Notes: a model not told the origin generated them from the letters alone. DNA of 64,000 bases from Octopus sinensis (GCF_006345805.1 NC_043009.1:64294001-64358000); one strand, 5' to 3'; shown: positions 26,153-40,097, counted from the first letter of the stretch. Program-made: numbers and translations.

Positions 26153-26840
26153 ACACACACACACACACAAACACATACACACATATGTGTGTGTGTGTTA
26201 AATGGAGACGAGCACCAAAACTTTCATGTGGCACGCTTGAACAATTGTGAAGATCTCTTTACATAGAACCATTGGTTACCTTGTTAACCCACAAACAAAG
26301 TACATACATGCATATTTTAAATTGATCATAATTATAATTCTACGAATATTTTGTAGTTAATTATCCCATTCGGTAAGCAAATAGTTTATACTTTTTCCAA
26401 ATTGTTCAATACAGCAATAAAAAAATATTTTCCTAAAATTCATATGTATCATTAAATTTTTAACAAAACCAAAATCCCTTTGGTTTATTCTAATTGAAGA
26501 AACATTGCACAAATGACAGCAGCTCTCAACCAAAACATAATCACGAAAATTCAAAAAACTATTCTGGTCAGTGTGGGAAAGTGAATATTGAGACTAATAC
26601 TAGTGATATAAGCAATGCCAAACGGAATAAGAAAACTGGAATAGAAAGAAACTCTGCAAATATAACCGCCGCAGAAAGAGAAACAAACCCGCTTCATAAA
26701 ATAAATGACGTTGACCCCAATAAGAATTCTGCTAGAAAGAGAAGTAATATAACGTTATTACACGAAAGTGTAAATAATTAAAAAATTTCGTTTTACCTCT
26801 AACAAACAAATTAATATGAAATCTGAACGAAATATGTAAG

Positions 26841-27195
26841 ACAAGAGCACTCAGAAAGCGCAAACACGCGCCAAACAACACCAACGTCCACTTAACGATT
26901 AGTCGGAGATGATTTTTAAAATGAGAATATATGAAATAAACTCGACTGCTCTCACAAACGAGAATACTAAAAATAAACCCGACCGCTCTCAAAGATTAAG
27001 TAAAAAAAAAAAACAGGAAAAATAATCCACAATTCTTGTCCAGTACCCGATCGATCCCAAAATCTAATCAGTTCGTGTCAGTCACAAGGCCAAACATTCC
27101 TGAAAATTTCATCCGAATCCAACAAGCGGTTCTTGAGTTATCTTGTCCACGAACAAAGAAAATAATACCGCTGCCTTCGCTAAGACGGAGGTAAT
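26841..27195 (+). mobile_element. Interspersed repeat, probable non-autonomous Helentron/HINE type (second copy 36375-36692)
   Basis: Two homologous copies start acaagagcac.cagagagcgcaaac and end in the hairpin ccttcgctaag(g/a)cgga. Confidence 0.55.
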
Positions 27196-28250
27196 ATTTT
27201 CTGCAATTGTTGAAGTCAAAGTTCATTCTTTGTCAATAATAAATGCAAAGCAAAAAAATGTGGTATATAGATGAAAAGTTACTTCAAAGGGAACTGAATA
27301 TTTTTACATCAGTGCAACATTACTTAATTTCAAAAACAGATTCGCTAATCATTTAAATTCGTTTAGAGACAGAAATAAAAATTCCAAGCAAGTCTAAGTA
27401 AATTAATCTAGTCTATTAAAGATAGTAAAAAGAAAATGTTACTATCAACTGGGAATTAATCAGTACCGCTAAACCCTATCGACTAGGGACAAAGAAATGT
27501 AACCTAAGGATAGAAAGATTTTTGCCAAATTTTTTACATCAGAGTATAATATAATACATTCTAGACAAGAACAATCTTTACGATGCTTGCATAAGGAAAA
27601 TGGACCTTTAAACAACTTAAATAAGTTATAAATAATCAAACAACCATAATATATTACAAACGAAATATTTTGAATTAACTGACTCAATAAAACGAACAAA
27701 TGTTTATCTAAGCAATACTTGGAATTAAAAATAGAGTTCGCGTCGGAATTAACGTTTAACGCCACATCATTCAACGGAATTCTAAAATAAACATAAAGCT
27801 GTAACCAGTTCAATCTAAAAGGATATTACAGTGAAGACTCTGAAGAAACTACACTGGTATTACAGAGCAAAGTTGCAAATGCAAAAGTTACTAACCGATG
27901 TAGTTGAAACATATGTAGGTCAATAATAAGCTGTATTTAAATCCAAAAATAAATTAAGATTCATGAAATGTTACTTCATCATACTCCTTATTTTATATAT
28001 ACATACATACATACATACATATATATATATTTAAGGAAAATAAGACAAGGTAGAAAATGCTAAAATAATTTTATCGTGAAGAACATTTATGAGACTTTTC
28101 AACTTAGAGTAAAGCATAAGAAACAATTAAATTGTGGAAAAATTAAATGAAATGTTTTTAAAAATTATTTCCATAGTTTTCAAACGCGAGGGACATTTTT
28201 CTTTTTCAGTCTGTCTCTGTCTCTTTCTTTTTTACTCTTGTGAGTTATAA

Positions 28251-28287
<37 letters not shown>

Positions 28288-28549
28288 GAGAGGAGAGAGA
28301 GAGAGAAAGAGAGAGAGATAATAGTGCAGATATACAAGTAAAACCGCTTGGATTAGATATATAAAATGTACATACATAAATACATGTAAATTGAGGTGGA
28401 GACAAAGACTGGAGATATTAAGACAACAAACGTTCATGTGTAATAATATAAACATTTATATATTAACAGAGCAGATTTACACAGAATACAATACTCTCTC
28501 TCTCTCTCTCTCGCACACACACACACACACACACACACGCACATATGTA

Positions 28550-28989
28550 CAGGTCGTCGTCGACTTACGATCTTTACGACTTACGACCGATCGACTTAAC
28601 GACGTTTGGCGCGCCAGCTCCCGGCAGCAATAATTAAGTACACTTGAAATCTAATAAGTTTAATGTCTTAGAAATTAACCCATCTACGAATGATGTCAGC
28701 TAACAAACACTTCCCCTAGGTTTGGTTATCGATCGCCACTGTGTTGGATGACTATCCTGTCGCAGAGACATCGAGGCAATCTCGTATTTGTTTATAAGAC
28801 AACTCCTTGAGACTCCGAAATTTTTGACTATCACCAGTATAATGATATAATACAGAATGCTGTGTGTGACGTTTACCTGAGAATGTACCTTAAGAATATA
28901 AAAATATAAAACAAAGTTATGTAGACATACAGGCCGACTTACGACCAGTGAGTCGGAACCAATTGTGGTCGTAAATCGACGACGTCTTG
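28550..28989. mobile_element. Tc1/pogo-type MITE
   Basis: TA-flanked imperfect TIRs (caggtcgtcgtcgacttacga / tcgtaaatcgacgacgtcttg) with repeated gacttacgac subterminal motifs. Confidence 0.7.
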
Positions 28990-29531
28990 TAAATATACAT
29001 ATAGTTTAAATTTACTGAAAAACAAAAGATGAAGACAGGTGTATGAACAACAAGCAAGAAGTGTATCAGATTGACGCCCGGGAAAAATGAAAAAAAGTCC
29101 TTTACGTTTCAAGCCTATGTTTATATATATATATAGGTCGGGCAGGGGAGGGTAATTGAACCGCATTCATGTTTTGAATTCGGCGGTGCTAACATTAAAT
29201 ATTATCTGTCCGATACCGTTAGGTAGAGAGATATGTTCAATTATTCCAGTACTTTCGAATCCTGGGGTCCTATGCTGAAGAGGAAAACGTTGGGTAAAGT
29301 ATAATTATATATTCTTTATTCCAAACCTAATTCCGAAACGCGCGTCCATAGGTGACCAGATATTGATTGATTTTCGTTACTTTTCCTCTCTGCCTGTGTG
29401 ATTGTTTTCAAGTATTTTGGTTTTTCTAGGAGTCCCTTTTTAAAGTAGAAGAAATAGCTAACGTTTTTTGGCTGCTATTTCTAAATTTCGGTATGTGATG
29501 AAGCAAATCTTTGCTGAACCCTATTTATTAA

Positions 29532-29567
<36 letters not shown>

Positions 29568-29700
29568 CTTAGCCATTGCGAGATTAATAACCCGGTGCAG
29601 GACTCAATACACATATGTTTCAGAATGAAATTTTAGCTACGTATAGACCAGTAATAAAAGAGATGACAAAGGCGTAAATGGTTATCTAAAGAACTTCATT

Positions 29701-29781
29701 AGCTTACAGCTGTTTCTGCTACCAGATGCAGTGGACGCTTAGTTGAGAGAGTGAATAACACCTTATAGCTTCATCGGAGCC
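29701..29781 (-). ncRNA. Type I hammerhead ribozyme motif (U4C core variant)
   Basis: Minus strand reads GGCU-CCGAUGA-A-GCUA...UAGC-A-GAAA-C(agcu)GU-A|AGCU. The stem III region ACAGCUGU is palindromic. Confidence 0.55.
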
Positions 29782-30120
29782 TCAAATATGAAGAGGAATT
29801 TATTTGGGAAAGAATTAGATTTGTACTGTATGAGGAACCACATCAACAATTTGAAAAGTCAATACAGATGTATATAAGAAAAGTGTATGTGGAAAATGTC
29901 AGTAGACGTATTAGTGAAAATATATATTTATATATATACAAACATATGCGCTCTGCGTGGTATGTGTATCTGCATGTGTGTGTATAGAAGACTGCAATTT
30001 TGGCCTCTTTGCTCAAATAAATTAGCAAGTCAAATCTTATCTGTAGATATAATGTTTACGATAAAATGTTCAGAAACTAACACTCAGATTATCGTTACAT
30101 TCCTACAAAAAGATACCTAC

Positions 30121-30292
30121 TTCAATGCTACAATGACGATCAGAATATGTGGAACAGTTGCAACATAAATTAGGTGCTGCCATTTGCGAAGTAGATACGC
30201 CACACCTGCTAGAAATGTTCCTCCAACAGCGAAGGCTCCGTTCGTAACTAAGTTCATTTGTGTTTTGTACTTTTGAGAGACACATTCTATAA
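30121..30292 (-). CDS. SLC22-like gene A exon 5
   Basis: tttttacag| ... |gtaggt, 172 nt. Reads (I)IECVSQKYKTQMN...AGVAYLLRKWQHL...IVALK. Confidence 0.93.
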
Positions 30293-30360
30293 CTGTAAAA
30301 AAACAAAAAAAGAAAGTATAACGTTAGAATTTCTTGATAACATCATGTACGACAAAGTAA

Positions 30361-30696
30361 TCTTTATATATAAAAGAGAGGTTGTGTGCTGTCTGTCTCC
30401 TACGATTTAGATCCCTAACTACTCCCACATTTTGCGGTGCAGTTTAACCAAAACCGGGTATCTTATAGTCGTGATTCATATCGAGCCCTTCTGGGTATTG
30501 GCGCGCGTCTACGATGAGTCTATGATTTAAAAAAAATTTACCATCAATTTTTCCCATTTTTAATGCATTTTTGGCATATATAAGGGAAGTAACTCTCTAA
30601 AAATTTATTGAGATGGCTATTATACTTTATATCTCTAAAAATGCTTATATAGTTATTTCCCTTACAAACCCGAGCAACGCCGGGCGAAACTGCTAG
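30361..30696 (+). mobile_element. Non-autonomous Helitron
   Basis: A|TC start, CCCG-agcaacgc-CGGG hairpin and CTAG|T end. Confidence 0.85.
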
Positions 30697-30878
30697 TGAT
30701 ATATAATTTATCAATATGGTGGCATGGTTGTGAGACAAGAAATTTACTTCTCAGGTACGGGGTTCCGGGTTCAGTCTCACTGCGTGGCACATCGAGCAAG
30801 TGTCTTCTGCCATAGCATCGGGTCGATCAAAGCCTTGTGGATTTGGTAGACGGAAACTGAAAAACACGCGTCGTATGC

Positions 30879-30910
<32 letters not shown>

Positions 30911-32065
30911 TCTGTACGTAAAAGTAGAACGTTGGAATGAGTGCTCAATGCTGCATTGGTGAATAATTTCTTTATTGTGAATTAAGGCCTTAATTCACAA
31001 ATATAATATATAATAAATATATATTATATATATATAATAAATAATAAATTATATATATATATATGCTTATATGGGTACAGCACATCACCAACGGTGCAAA
31101 TAACATGAAATACGTAAACAAACGAGTAAACTACGTAAACAACAAGAGAAAATGGAAAACAAAATAAGTTAATTCAGAAAAAGACCCCTTCATCATTTGT
31201 CGGTTGTCTATCTACTCCCCATATCGAGCATTCAACGACACTATGAATCTTCAAAGACAGTTGGTCTCATAAATTCTACAATAAAATTTTGGATATTTGG
31301 AGGGTCAAAGTTGGGAATAAAAAAAGACAGTGGAAACCGAACGAAAACAAGGATGGAGGGTCATTAGACCGGAACGAGAGGAAAATAGTGAACGCTGGGA
31401 GAAACATTCTTTTGAAAAGAGAAAAGATAGGAAAAAAAGAGAAAAATACGGCCATTCGTTTAAACGTCGGTGCAGGGACAGAAAGATGGTCATGTGAGGA
31501 AAAGAAAGAAGGCCGAGGATCACGTGTGAGCAACGTGTGTGAACGTGTGTGTGTGTGTATTTGTGTGAGGGAGGGAGAACATAATAATCATCTATGGACC
31601 CAGAAAACAGCATGCACCCGTTAATGTTGTTCCGTGAAGCACATCCAGAATTGTACACAAAACATTTTCATTTGAAAATAAACAGAAATCATTAAAAAAA
31701 TTCTCTGTTCAAACATCAATCAATAAAATGTAACACAGCATGGCAGCATTTTTACAGAATTGCCAAAGAGACACAAAGCACAACCTACACAACATATTCT
31801 ACGCCATTATTATTCAATAAAATAACGCAGCACTTATTATTCTTAGACAAAAACTTACACAATTCACAATTTGTCACAGTGATATTCTCCTAATAATATA
31901 AACATCTGGCTCTCTATCGGTTTCGACAAGGGTTCCAGCTGATACATCCTGTTGTTAACATGCAAGTTGCTGAGCACTCCACAGACATGCTTTTATTGCA
32001 GTTGAAACTGACATATTAAGTAATGAAATAAAAAGTCCAAGTATGAAGAATTTCAGAATACTTAC

Positions 32066-32220
32066 TATTAGTGTATAAAATTACAAAATTGCCTGAAAAT
32101 CCAATTCCTACAAAGAAGTATATAATAACGAAGACAATATAACTTGGTGCCTGTGTTTTGGCAAAGCTGGAAATTATGATAAGTATTTCTGCCGCACAGT
32201 AGGTTTTGAATCGGCCGAAT
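32066..32220 (-). CDS. SLC22-like gene A exon 4
   Basis: tttttccag| ... |gtaagt, 155 nt. Reads (K)FGRFKTYCAAEIL...GFSGNFVILYTN and completes MFS motif A (GILSDKFGR). Confidence 0.95.
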
Positions 32221-32682
32221 CTGGAAAAAGTAAAATCATTCAGAGCAATGAAGGGTTCAAACATCGACAGCGAAAATCCTTAAAATTTTCCCACCCCTTA
32301 AATTCCTTTTTCGTCATGTCAAACTGTTGAATTCTAGATTAACTTCTCTCTCTCTCTCTCTCTCTCATTATTTCTTCCTTTCTCTCTATCTTTCTAGGTA
32401 TATATACACACGCACTCTCACATATATGTACATGAACGCACACGTACACACACACACAGACTCGAACTCACATCCCTGTGTAGTGCTTTACCAATTACGC
32501 TAAACTGCACACTGACAAATTATTTCGCAATTTTCGAACTTAGAAATCTAGCTTATAAGACTCTGTATAAGGTAGATTTATAAGCTCAAAAATTGCGGAT
32601 TAATTTATTACTGGGCTGTTTAGCTAATTACTTATACTATTATTTAATTGGGTGCCACACATCCATCTCCAAGTATGTGTGT

Positions 32683-32736
<54 letters not shown>

Positions 32737-33325
32737 ATATATATATTTATATAAACTTTGCTTATATATATATAATATATATGCAAACTTTGCTTCAAAT
32801 CACTTGATACAAGTCTCATCTTAAATTCCAAAATTGAGGTGTTTAGCCGGTGAAGTCGTGAGAGGAAATTCATGTTGAAAAGATATTAACCGCTTGTTGA
32901 CAGGCGATCGGAAATCGAGCATAAACTGACTGCTTTTTTTGGACACAACTTGTACAGTTCAAAGGGAAGTAACTCAGTCTCGCCCAGAGAAATTTGTTTC
33001 AGGATTCTTTTCACAACCCTCGATGTTCAAGACTGTATTCCTGCCACCATTAATAGAACGGTAATGTGTCTCTGGCCTGCAGGTCTGATGAATCGCCGAT
33101 ATTGCTAAGAGCATAATAGGTACAAAACCAATGGTGACTTCCTGGTTGGCCACATCCAAGGTCTACGTTAAACACTACTTAAAATGACTTATATTATGTC
33201 GACGCTTCCACCGACAATTCAGATATTTTTTAATACTTTTACTTACAATAGTGATATATATTTATAAATCCCCATTTGTTCATATTAAATTATACCCTTA
33301 ATGAAAGTGAAAGTTTCGCACTTAC

Positions 33326-33429
33326 TTGTCTGACAGTATACCAAATGCCAAATTTCCCACAGAGAAACCTCCAAACATCACAGACACGGCGGTGTTTTTC
33401 ATCCATGCTCTGTCACAAGCTAAATCAAA
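33326..33429 (-). CDS. SLC22-like gene A exon 3
   Basis: ttttttcag| ... |gtaagt, 104 nt. Reads FDLACDRAWMKNTAVSVMFGGFSVGNLAFGILSDK. Confidence 0.95.
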
Positions 33430-33520
33430 CTGAAAAAATGAAATTGTTAACAAAAGAGTCGTTCATATATCAATTAAAATGATTATACGAAAGTATATAA
33501 TTCAAGGAAATAGACGCCTG

Positions 33521-33581
<61 letters not shown>

Positions 33582-33687
33582 TATAGGGTAAAATTAATTA
33601 ATTAATAATTAATAATTTTACCAAGTAGTTCAGTACGTTAAAAAATAACCCTCATGTGTGTATGTATATATGTGTTTGTGTGTCTGC

Positions 33688-33839
<152 letters not shown>

Positions 33840-33984
33840 TATATATGTATGTGTGTGGGTGTGTGTGTGTGTGTATAGATATATGTATATATATAACACT
33901 TAGATATGTTTCGACCAAAGATTGCTCCAGGCCATGTCTAACTTAATAGCACCACCTGATAGGATTATTCGAATCCTGTTTAAG

Positions 33985-34680
33985 TCAAGTTTTGTTTATG
34001 GTCCATTCAAGTAGTGAGTTTTTGTTGGGTGAGTTGTATCCAATTATGGGTGGCTTATCTGGTATTCCTTGAAGGAATCTATCCAGACTCCGTTTAAAGT
34101 TGATGGGATCCTTTTCCTCTTTGATCTCTTTCGGGACAATGTTAAATAAGGCAGGGCCTGTTGAGGAAAAGAAATCATGTTGCAGTGTACATGTATGTTG
34201 TGATCTTGAATTGGGCAGGGGACGTATGGCCCGTGATCCCAGTCTTGGATGAACCTTGAAGCTAATGTTCAGGTCGTTTGGGCAAAGTTGGCGGTATATT
34301 TTCCACATCGTACAAATGATGTACCGCTCACGGCGACGCTACAGAGAGTAAAGTTTCAAGGCTTTCAGCTATGCCTTCAATTCGTTTAGTGAGTGCCCTC
34401 TGGGGTGACTCAATCCTGGAAATGTTTTGTCTTGTATGGGGAGACCACAGTGGGCAGCAATATTCGAGGTGTGGCCGTACAAAGGAGGAGAAAAGTGGTA
34501 TGATGACACCTTGTTCTCTGGACCGGAAAGTTTTTAAGATCCAGGAACTCATCCTACGAGCTATATCGACCTTCTTGTTGATGTTTGCACTCCAACTGAG
34601 ATCGTCATCAACAATTACACACAGGTCTCTGATATTGTTAGAGGCTGTGAGCGGTTCCCCTGAAGGAAGAGAGTATGGCT
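33985..34680 (-). mobile_element. CR1/L2-like LINE 3' fragment
   Basis: VRPHLEYCCPLWSPH, QRALTKRIEG, MWKI and GPALFNIVPKEI..FKRSLDRFL..IPDKP. Confidence 0.85.
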
Positions 34681-35407
34681 GTTTTAGTATATATATATAT
34701 ATATATAAAAGGAAATGAAGAAAATGCTGACAAAATAATTTAAGTAATTTAAGTAATTTAATTAGGTCAAAGTTCTTTTTACCGGTTGCGCATTTGTTAT
34801 GCTTATCAAAAGATTAGAGTTCCTTTCTGATAGATTTTTTCCTCTTATATATATATATACATACAGACAGACAGGTACTTTTTATTAAAGCTGCAAGATT
34901 ATCACAGGACTGTTACTCAGAGTTTCACGTTCCCATTTCCCGTTCGTCGGACAGTTGTGATAAACACTGAATAAAAATCGTGACTGTGCAAGTAGTCTAA
35001 TGTTATGTGATGTAATTCAAAATACGTGAATAAGCATTTGGATTTGATTGGGTGGCAGTTATTTTTCAAAATCTAACGGTATAATTGACATTACGAGCTG
35101 GGTGGTAGAGAGGTGTAAAGGTTAAACAGTAAAACTGTGATAAGACCAGAAAAACTCTTACGTGGAACGGGTGGGGACGGTCAAAAATTATAACTAATAA
35201 TATAGTGAGTCGGGTGTTAGAAGATGGGGATAGATTAAATTCATAATAATAATAAATGGGATGTTATACTAATGAATTAATGGTGTGGAAATATTTATGT
35301 ATGTATAAAGACATACGGGCATATTTACTTACATATACATATGGGTACGTACATTATTTACATTTTTTACATTTGACGGATATTTGTCTTCATCTTGTTT
35401 GCTGTTA

Positions 35408-35452
35408 ACATAACGTTTCGGCTGATATACCCTCCAGCCATCATCAGGTGTC
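35408..35452 (-). ncRNA. Minimal hammerhead motif in PLE-type terminal repeat
   Basis: gacac-CUGAUGA-U-GGCUG(gaggguauau)CAGCC-GAAA-CGUU|AUGUU. The core is intact but the innermost stem I pair is mismatched. Confidence 0.45.
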
Positions 35453-36708
35453 TTGGGGAAATTTCGAAACTGGGTTCTCATTTCATGTATGGAAAAATGG
35501 AGACCCCCACCTGTGGGATGAAGTTAAAATAATAGACAGAGAATACCACTGGAAAATACGAAAACTAAAAGAAGCCTCCTAAGCAGACCGAGTGTAGATA
35601 TGAATAGCATATGGGAACCGGTATTAAGGAAGGATAGGAAAATAGTAGATTTATAAGCCCTAAAATTCACTCCATAATTGCACATGGGCATATGGTGTAG
35701 TGGTTAAGAGCGCGGGCTACTAACCCCAAGATTCCAAGTCTGATTCCGTCAAATGTAAATAATGTACATAATTCTCTTATAAGCATAACACTCGCGCGTA
35801 CACATAAATATATATATACTCTTTTACTTGTTTCAGTCATTTGACTGCGGCCATGCTGGAGCACCGCCTTTAGTCGAGCAAATCGACCCCAGGACTTATT
35901 CTTTGTAAGCCCAGTACTTATTCTATCGGTCTCTTTTGCCGAACCGCTAAGTGACGGGGACGTAAACACACCAGCATCGGTTGTCAAGCAATGCTAGGGG
36001 GACAAACACAGACACACAAACACACACACACATAGATATATATATATATATATATATACATATATACGACAGGCTTCTTTCAGTTTCCGTCTACCAAATC
36101 CACAGACAAGGCATTGGTCGGCCCGGGGCTATAGCAGAAGACACTTGCCCAAGATGCCACGCAGTGGGACTGAATCCGGAACCATGTGGTTGGTTAGCAA
36201 GCTACTTACCACAGAGCCACTCCTGCGCCTGTATATATATATATACATACATATATATATAGTTTACTATGCAATTCTAGTAATGGGTTGAATGAGCAGG
36301 TAGAGGAGGAGGATGGGGGAACAACTTGTGTTTGGACATTCTCAGTAGCGAGTAACTATAAACAAATCAAATGAAACAAGAGCACCCAGAGAGCGCAAAC
36401 TTCCGCCAAGGCAACACCAACATCCTCTGAACGATTATCCGGAGATGCTTTTTAAAATGACAATATCTGAAATAAACTCGACTGTCCTCACAAGCGAGAA
36501 TACTAAAAATGAACCCAACCGCTGTCAAAAATTAAATAAAAACACAGGAAAATAGATCCCAAAATCTAATCAGTTCGAGGCCAAACATCCCTGAAAGTTT
36601 CATGCGAATCCATCCAGCGGTTCATGAGATATCTTCTTTGCAGACAAACAAGAGTAAAACCAATACCTTCGCCTTCGCTAAGGCGGAATTAATAAGTAAA
36701 TGTAACTT

Positions 36709-36754
<46 letters not shown>

Positions 36755-36850
36755 TATTCCAAACATGAAAACACAAAGAGAAAACACAACGTAAGGACGT
36801 GGAACAAATATAGTATTATTGGACTCTCAGGACAGAAGGAAAGAAGGAGG

Positions 36851-36885
36851 GTTTAACGTTTCGAGCGGAGCTCTTCGTCGGAAAC
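36851..36885 (-). ncRNA. Minimal hammerhead-like motif with CCGACGA core
   Basis: GUUU-CCGACGA-A-GAGC(ucc)GCUC-GAAA-CGUU|AAAC. Stem I is a perfect 4 bp and AACGUU is palindromic. Confidence 0.5.
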
Positions 36886-38343
36886 ATAGGAGAAGGAAAG
36901 ATCCAGAGAAGGGAAGACAGAGGAAAAAAGTCGCCAACGGTACACACGCGGTCACATACGAGGTACATACGCATATATATATTTGCATATATACATACAT
37001 ACATATGTGCATCAATTTTGCAGTCTGAGTCACATCAGGCACATGCATACATAATGTGGTGTCCCCAATAAAGCAGACACATACCCACATGACTGCTTGA
37101 ACTCAGTATTTTCGGCAGGACACCACCACTTTATATATGCATGTACCTGATGTGACCCAGACTGTAAAACGGATGCAACACAACGTGATGCGCAACACCC
37201 TCCTATAAAGCACAGTTGGCGGATGAGGCGAAACGTTCATCGTACTAAATAAAGATTAATACCAAATCCATCTTCCGTTTCCTTATTCGATTATTCTCCA
37301 TCGGAAATATACTCTCCACTGCGGATGACACCAGGCAGCTCAAACCGTGCTAGTGCGTTACTGAACACATCAATACACTAATTAACATATGCCAATATAT
37401 GCATATTGATGTAATGATTGCATTGTTCAACTAAATGGAGTTGCATGAAACGATCGTACTGCATTACCTCTAGATACACTTGTTGCTTATTTTGATTTTA
37501 ACCACCTTACTTTGAAATTGTATGGATAATACTGTACTAAATTCTGGTGCCTCAACTTAAGTACCATAGTCATCTGAATCACAAATTACCATCTATAGTA
37601 ATTATACTAGTTAACATCATGATTGTGATAATTAATGATACTTTTTCAAATAATGCTAAAATAATTTTAGTAATTGTTTTAATTAGGAATGGTCATTTTG
37701 CTAGTTTAGCCAATAAATATATAACGTAATTTTAGTAATAATAACAATAATAACATTAATTGAGGGCATAAACCCAAATATAAGTGAATTACTTGTGAAT
37801 GAATAATGTACTCCACACAGTAAAATATAAACGAAACTGTTACAATTGATTGTAATATGAATGGATATTTAATTAGCCACGATTCAACTGTAATACAAGT
37901 AGAGGTGATTATAAGACCAGATTTCAAATTGATTTAAAAAGTAACGCTGTAACCTTCGACTGAATACCGACGCAGGAAGCTTGTTAAATTAGTTCACTTT
38001 GAAAACATTGCAAGTGATGGATCCTTGATGTAATTGCAGTGACTAGGATGCATAATTGCATATGGAGCAATGTGCAGTTGCTGCAGTAGAAACATATGTT
38101 GGTCATTGTTATATATGCTGTGGAAACTTTATAATAGAAAAGTTTGGATGTGAGTAAATCTCCACTCTCCTCTTGGTTTTTAATCATATATATATTTATA
38201 TATTTATATATTCCCGGCCTGAGAATCGAAACCGCGATCCTACGGCGGCGAATCCGCTGCCCTAACCACTGGGCCATTGCGCCTCCACACACACACACAC
38301 AGACACACAGGCACACACATCCACATGTGTGTGTGTGTGTGTG

Positions 38344-38507
38344 TATAGCCGATAAGAAACTTGAACAAAAATAACAATAAGAAGCGTGTCTTTTGCACTA
38401 GGAAGCCATTATTTAATCACCTTTCTTAACTAATTAAATAATGGCTTCCTAGCGCAAAAGGACACACTTCTTATTGTTATTTTTCCTCCATTTTCTTATC
38501 GTCTATA
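38344..38507. mobile_element. Fold-back MITE
   Basis: ~73-bp imperfect inverted arms around a 15-nt loop, with TA at both ends. Confidence 0.75.
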
Positions 38508-38991
38508 TAGATTAAACTACGGTTTACCTGTTAAATTACCTGCTGCCGTATAACTTATACCAAGGAGTATACTTACTGAGGTAATTGCCAGGAGTGCCTT
38601 TGGATACATTTATTCCTTAGAGGGTTTAAACATCTCTAACTTAAACCTGCATATATATAGATATATCACTGTGATCACCCTGACCAACCAGGCTATCAGA
38701 TGTTGCTACACATTGCTGGTCACAATGCACTTCGCATTGTTTTAGCCTTCAAATGACGCCACCCCGCTGGCTAAGCGAGCAGGCCAAAAGAAGAAAGAGT
38801 GAAAGAAAGTTGTGGCGAAAGAGTACAGCAGGGTCCGCCACCACCCCCTGCCAGAGCCTCGTGGAGCTTTAGGTGTTTTTCGCTCAATAAACACTCACAA
38901 CACTCGGTCTGGGAATCGAAACCGCGATCCTACGGCCACGAGTCCGCTGCCCTAACCACTAGGCCGTTGCGCCTCCACACACACACACACA

Positions 38992-39034
<43 letters not shown>

Positions 39035-39179
39035 GCATATATAAATACATATACATATATATCTATATACATATAAATAATATATGTATATATATATATA
39101 TATATAATATATATATATATACATATATATACATATAAATAAATATACACATTTATATATAGATATATATATATAATAC

Positions 39180-39226
<47 letters not shown>

Positions 39227-39238
39227 TACATTTATATA

Positions 39239-39270
<32 letters not shown>

Positions 39271-39300
39271 CATATATATATATATACATATACATATATA

Positions 39301-39350
<50 letters not shown>

Positions 39351-39354
39351 TATA

Positions 39355-39386
<32 letters not shown>

Positions 39387-40097
39387 GTGCGTGTGTGTTT
39401 TTATATTTTCATATTCTTTACGTAATTCTCTTATCCTTTTATTCTTTATATGTTTCATAATATTTTTGTCTCCCCACGCTTTCCCTCCGTACCCACGCAC
39501 GCAAGCACATCTACCAAACATGAAAGGCTCCCAACATATTCGCGTGAGCGCGCTAATATAAGCGCGTATAGTTTTAACACTAAGTAATGATCTACTAACC
39601 TGGTGATAACTTGAGTTTCCCCTGACCAAAAGCATCATCTCCCACCTCCCGTATCCCCCTCACCTTCCTACCATATTCTGCGTAAACTCAAATTAAGCAC
39701 ATTACACGAGTTTTATAGTGTAAACCAATAAATAGGTTACGGATTAATTGGTTTAAACTTTAAAACTCGTGTATTGAGGTTGGTTTGAATTTACATTTGA
39801 CTTTCAACAGCTTTAAATTGTCCACTTCCCGTTCAACTTAACATCTATCAGTATGTATATCCTAGCTAATAAGAGCATTCTCGATTTCTAAACCAGAACC
39901 TGACTACTACTAATATTCCTTTGTAGTCCTACATAATTCCTCTACTATACTTAATAGTAATAATTTCCAAATATTACTGTCTTAGATTGATCATGTGTAT
40001 AAAAAACCCAAACCAAATTTCAACACAACAGTTGAAGAATACGTTATGAATTTGTGTTGCAAAATTTCTGATGTGAAACCGTGTGTTGAAACAGATA

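Noticed and set aside
26494-26781. 95-aa Asn/Lys-rich ORF
   Set aside because: It has no recognisable motif or convincing splice sites and lies antisense within a gene A intron.
28550-28620. Short repeated gacttacgac units, and 23-35-bp tandem duplications at about 13985, 16875, 51315 and 59682, considered as CRISPR-like arrays
   Set aside because: There is no repeat-spacer periodicity, no cas genes, and the context is eukaryotic. These are MITE subterminal repeats and slippage duplications.
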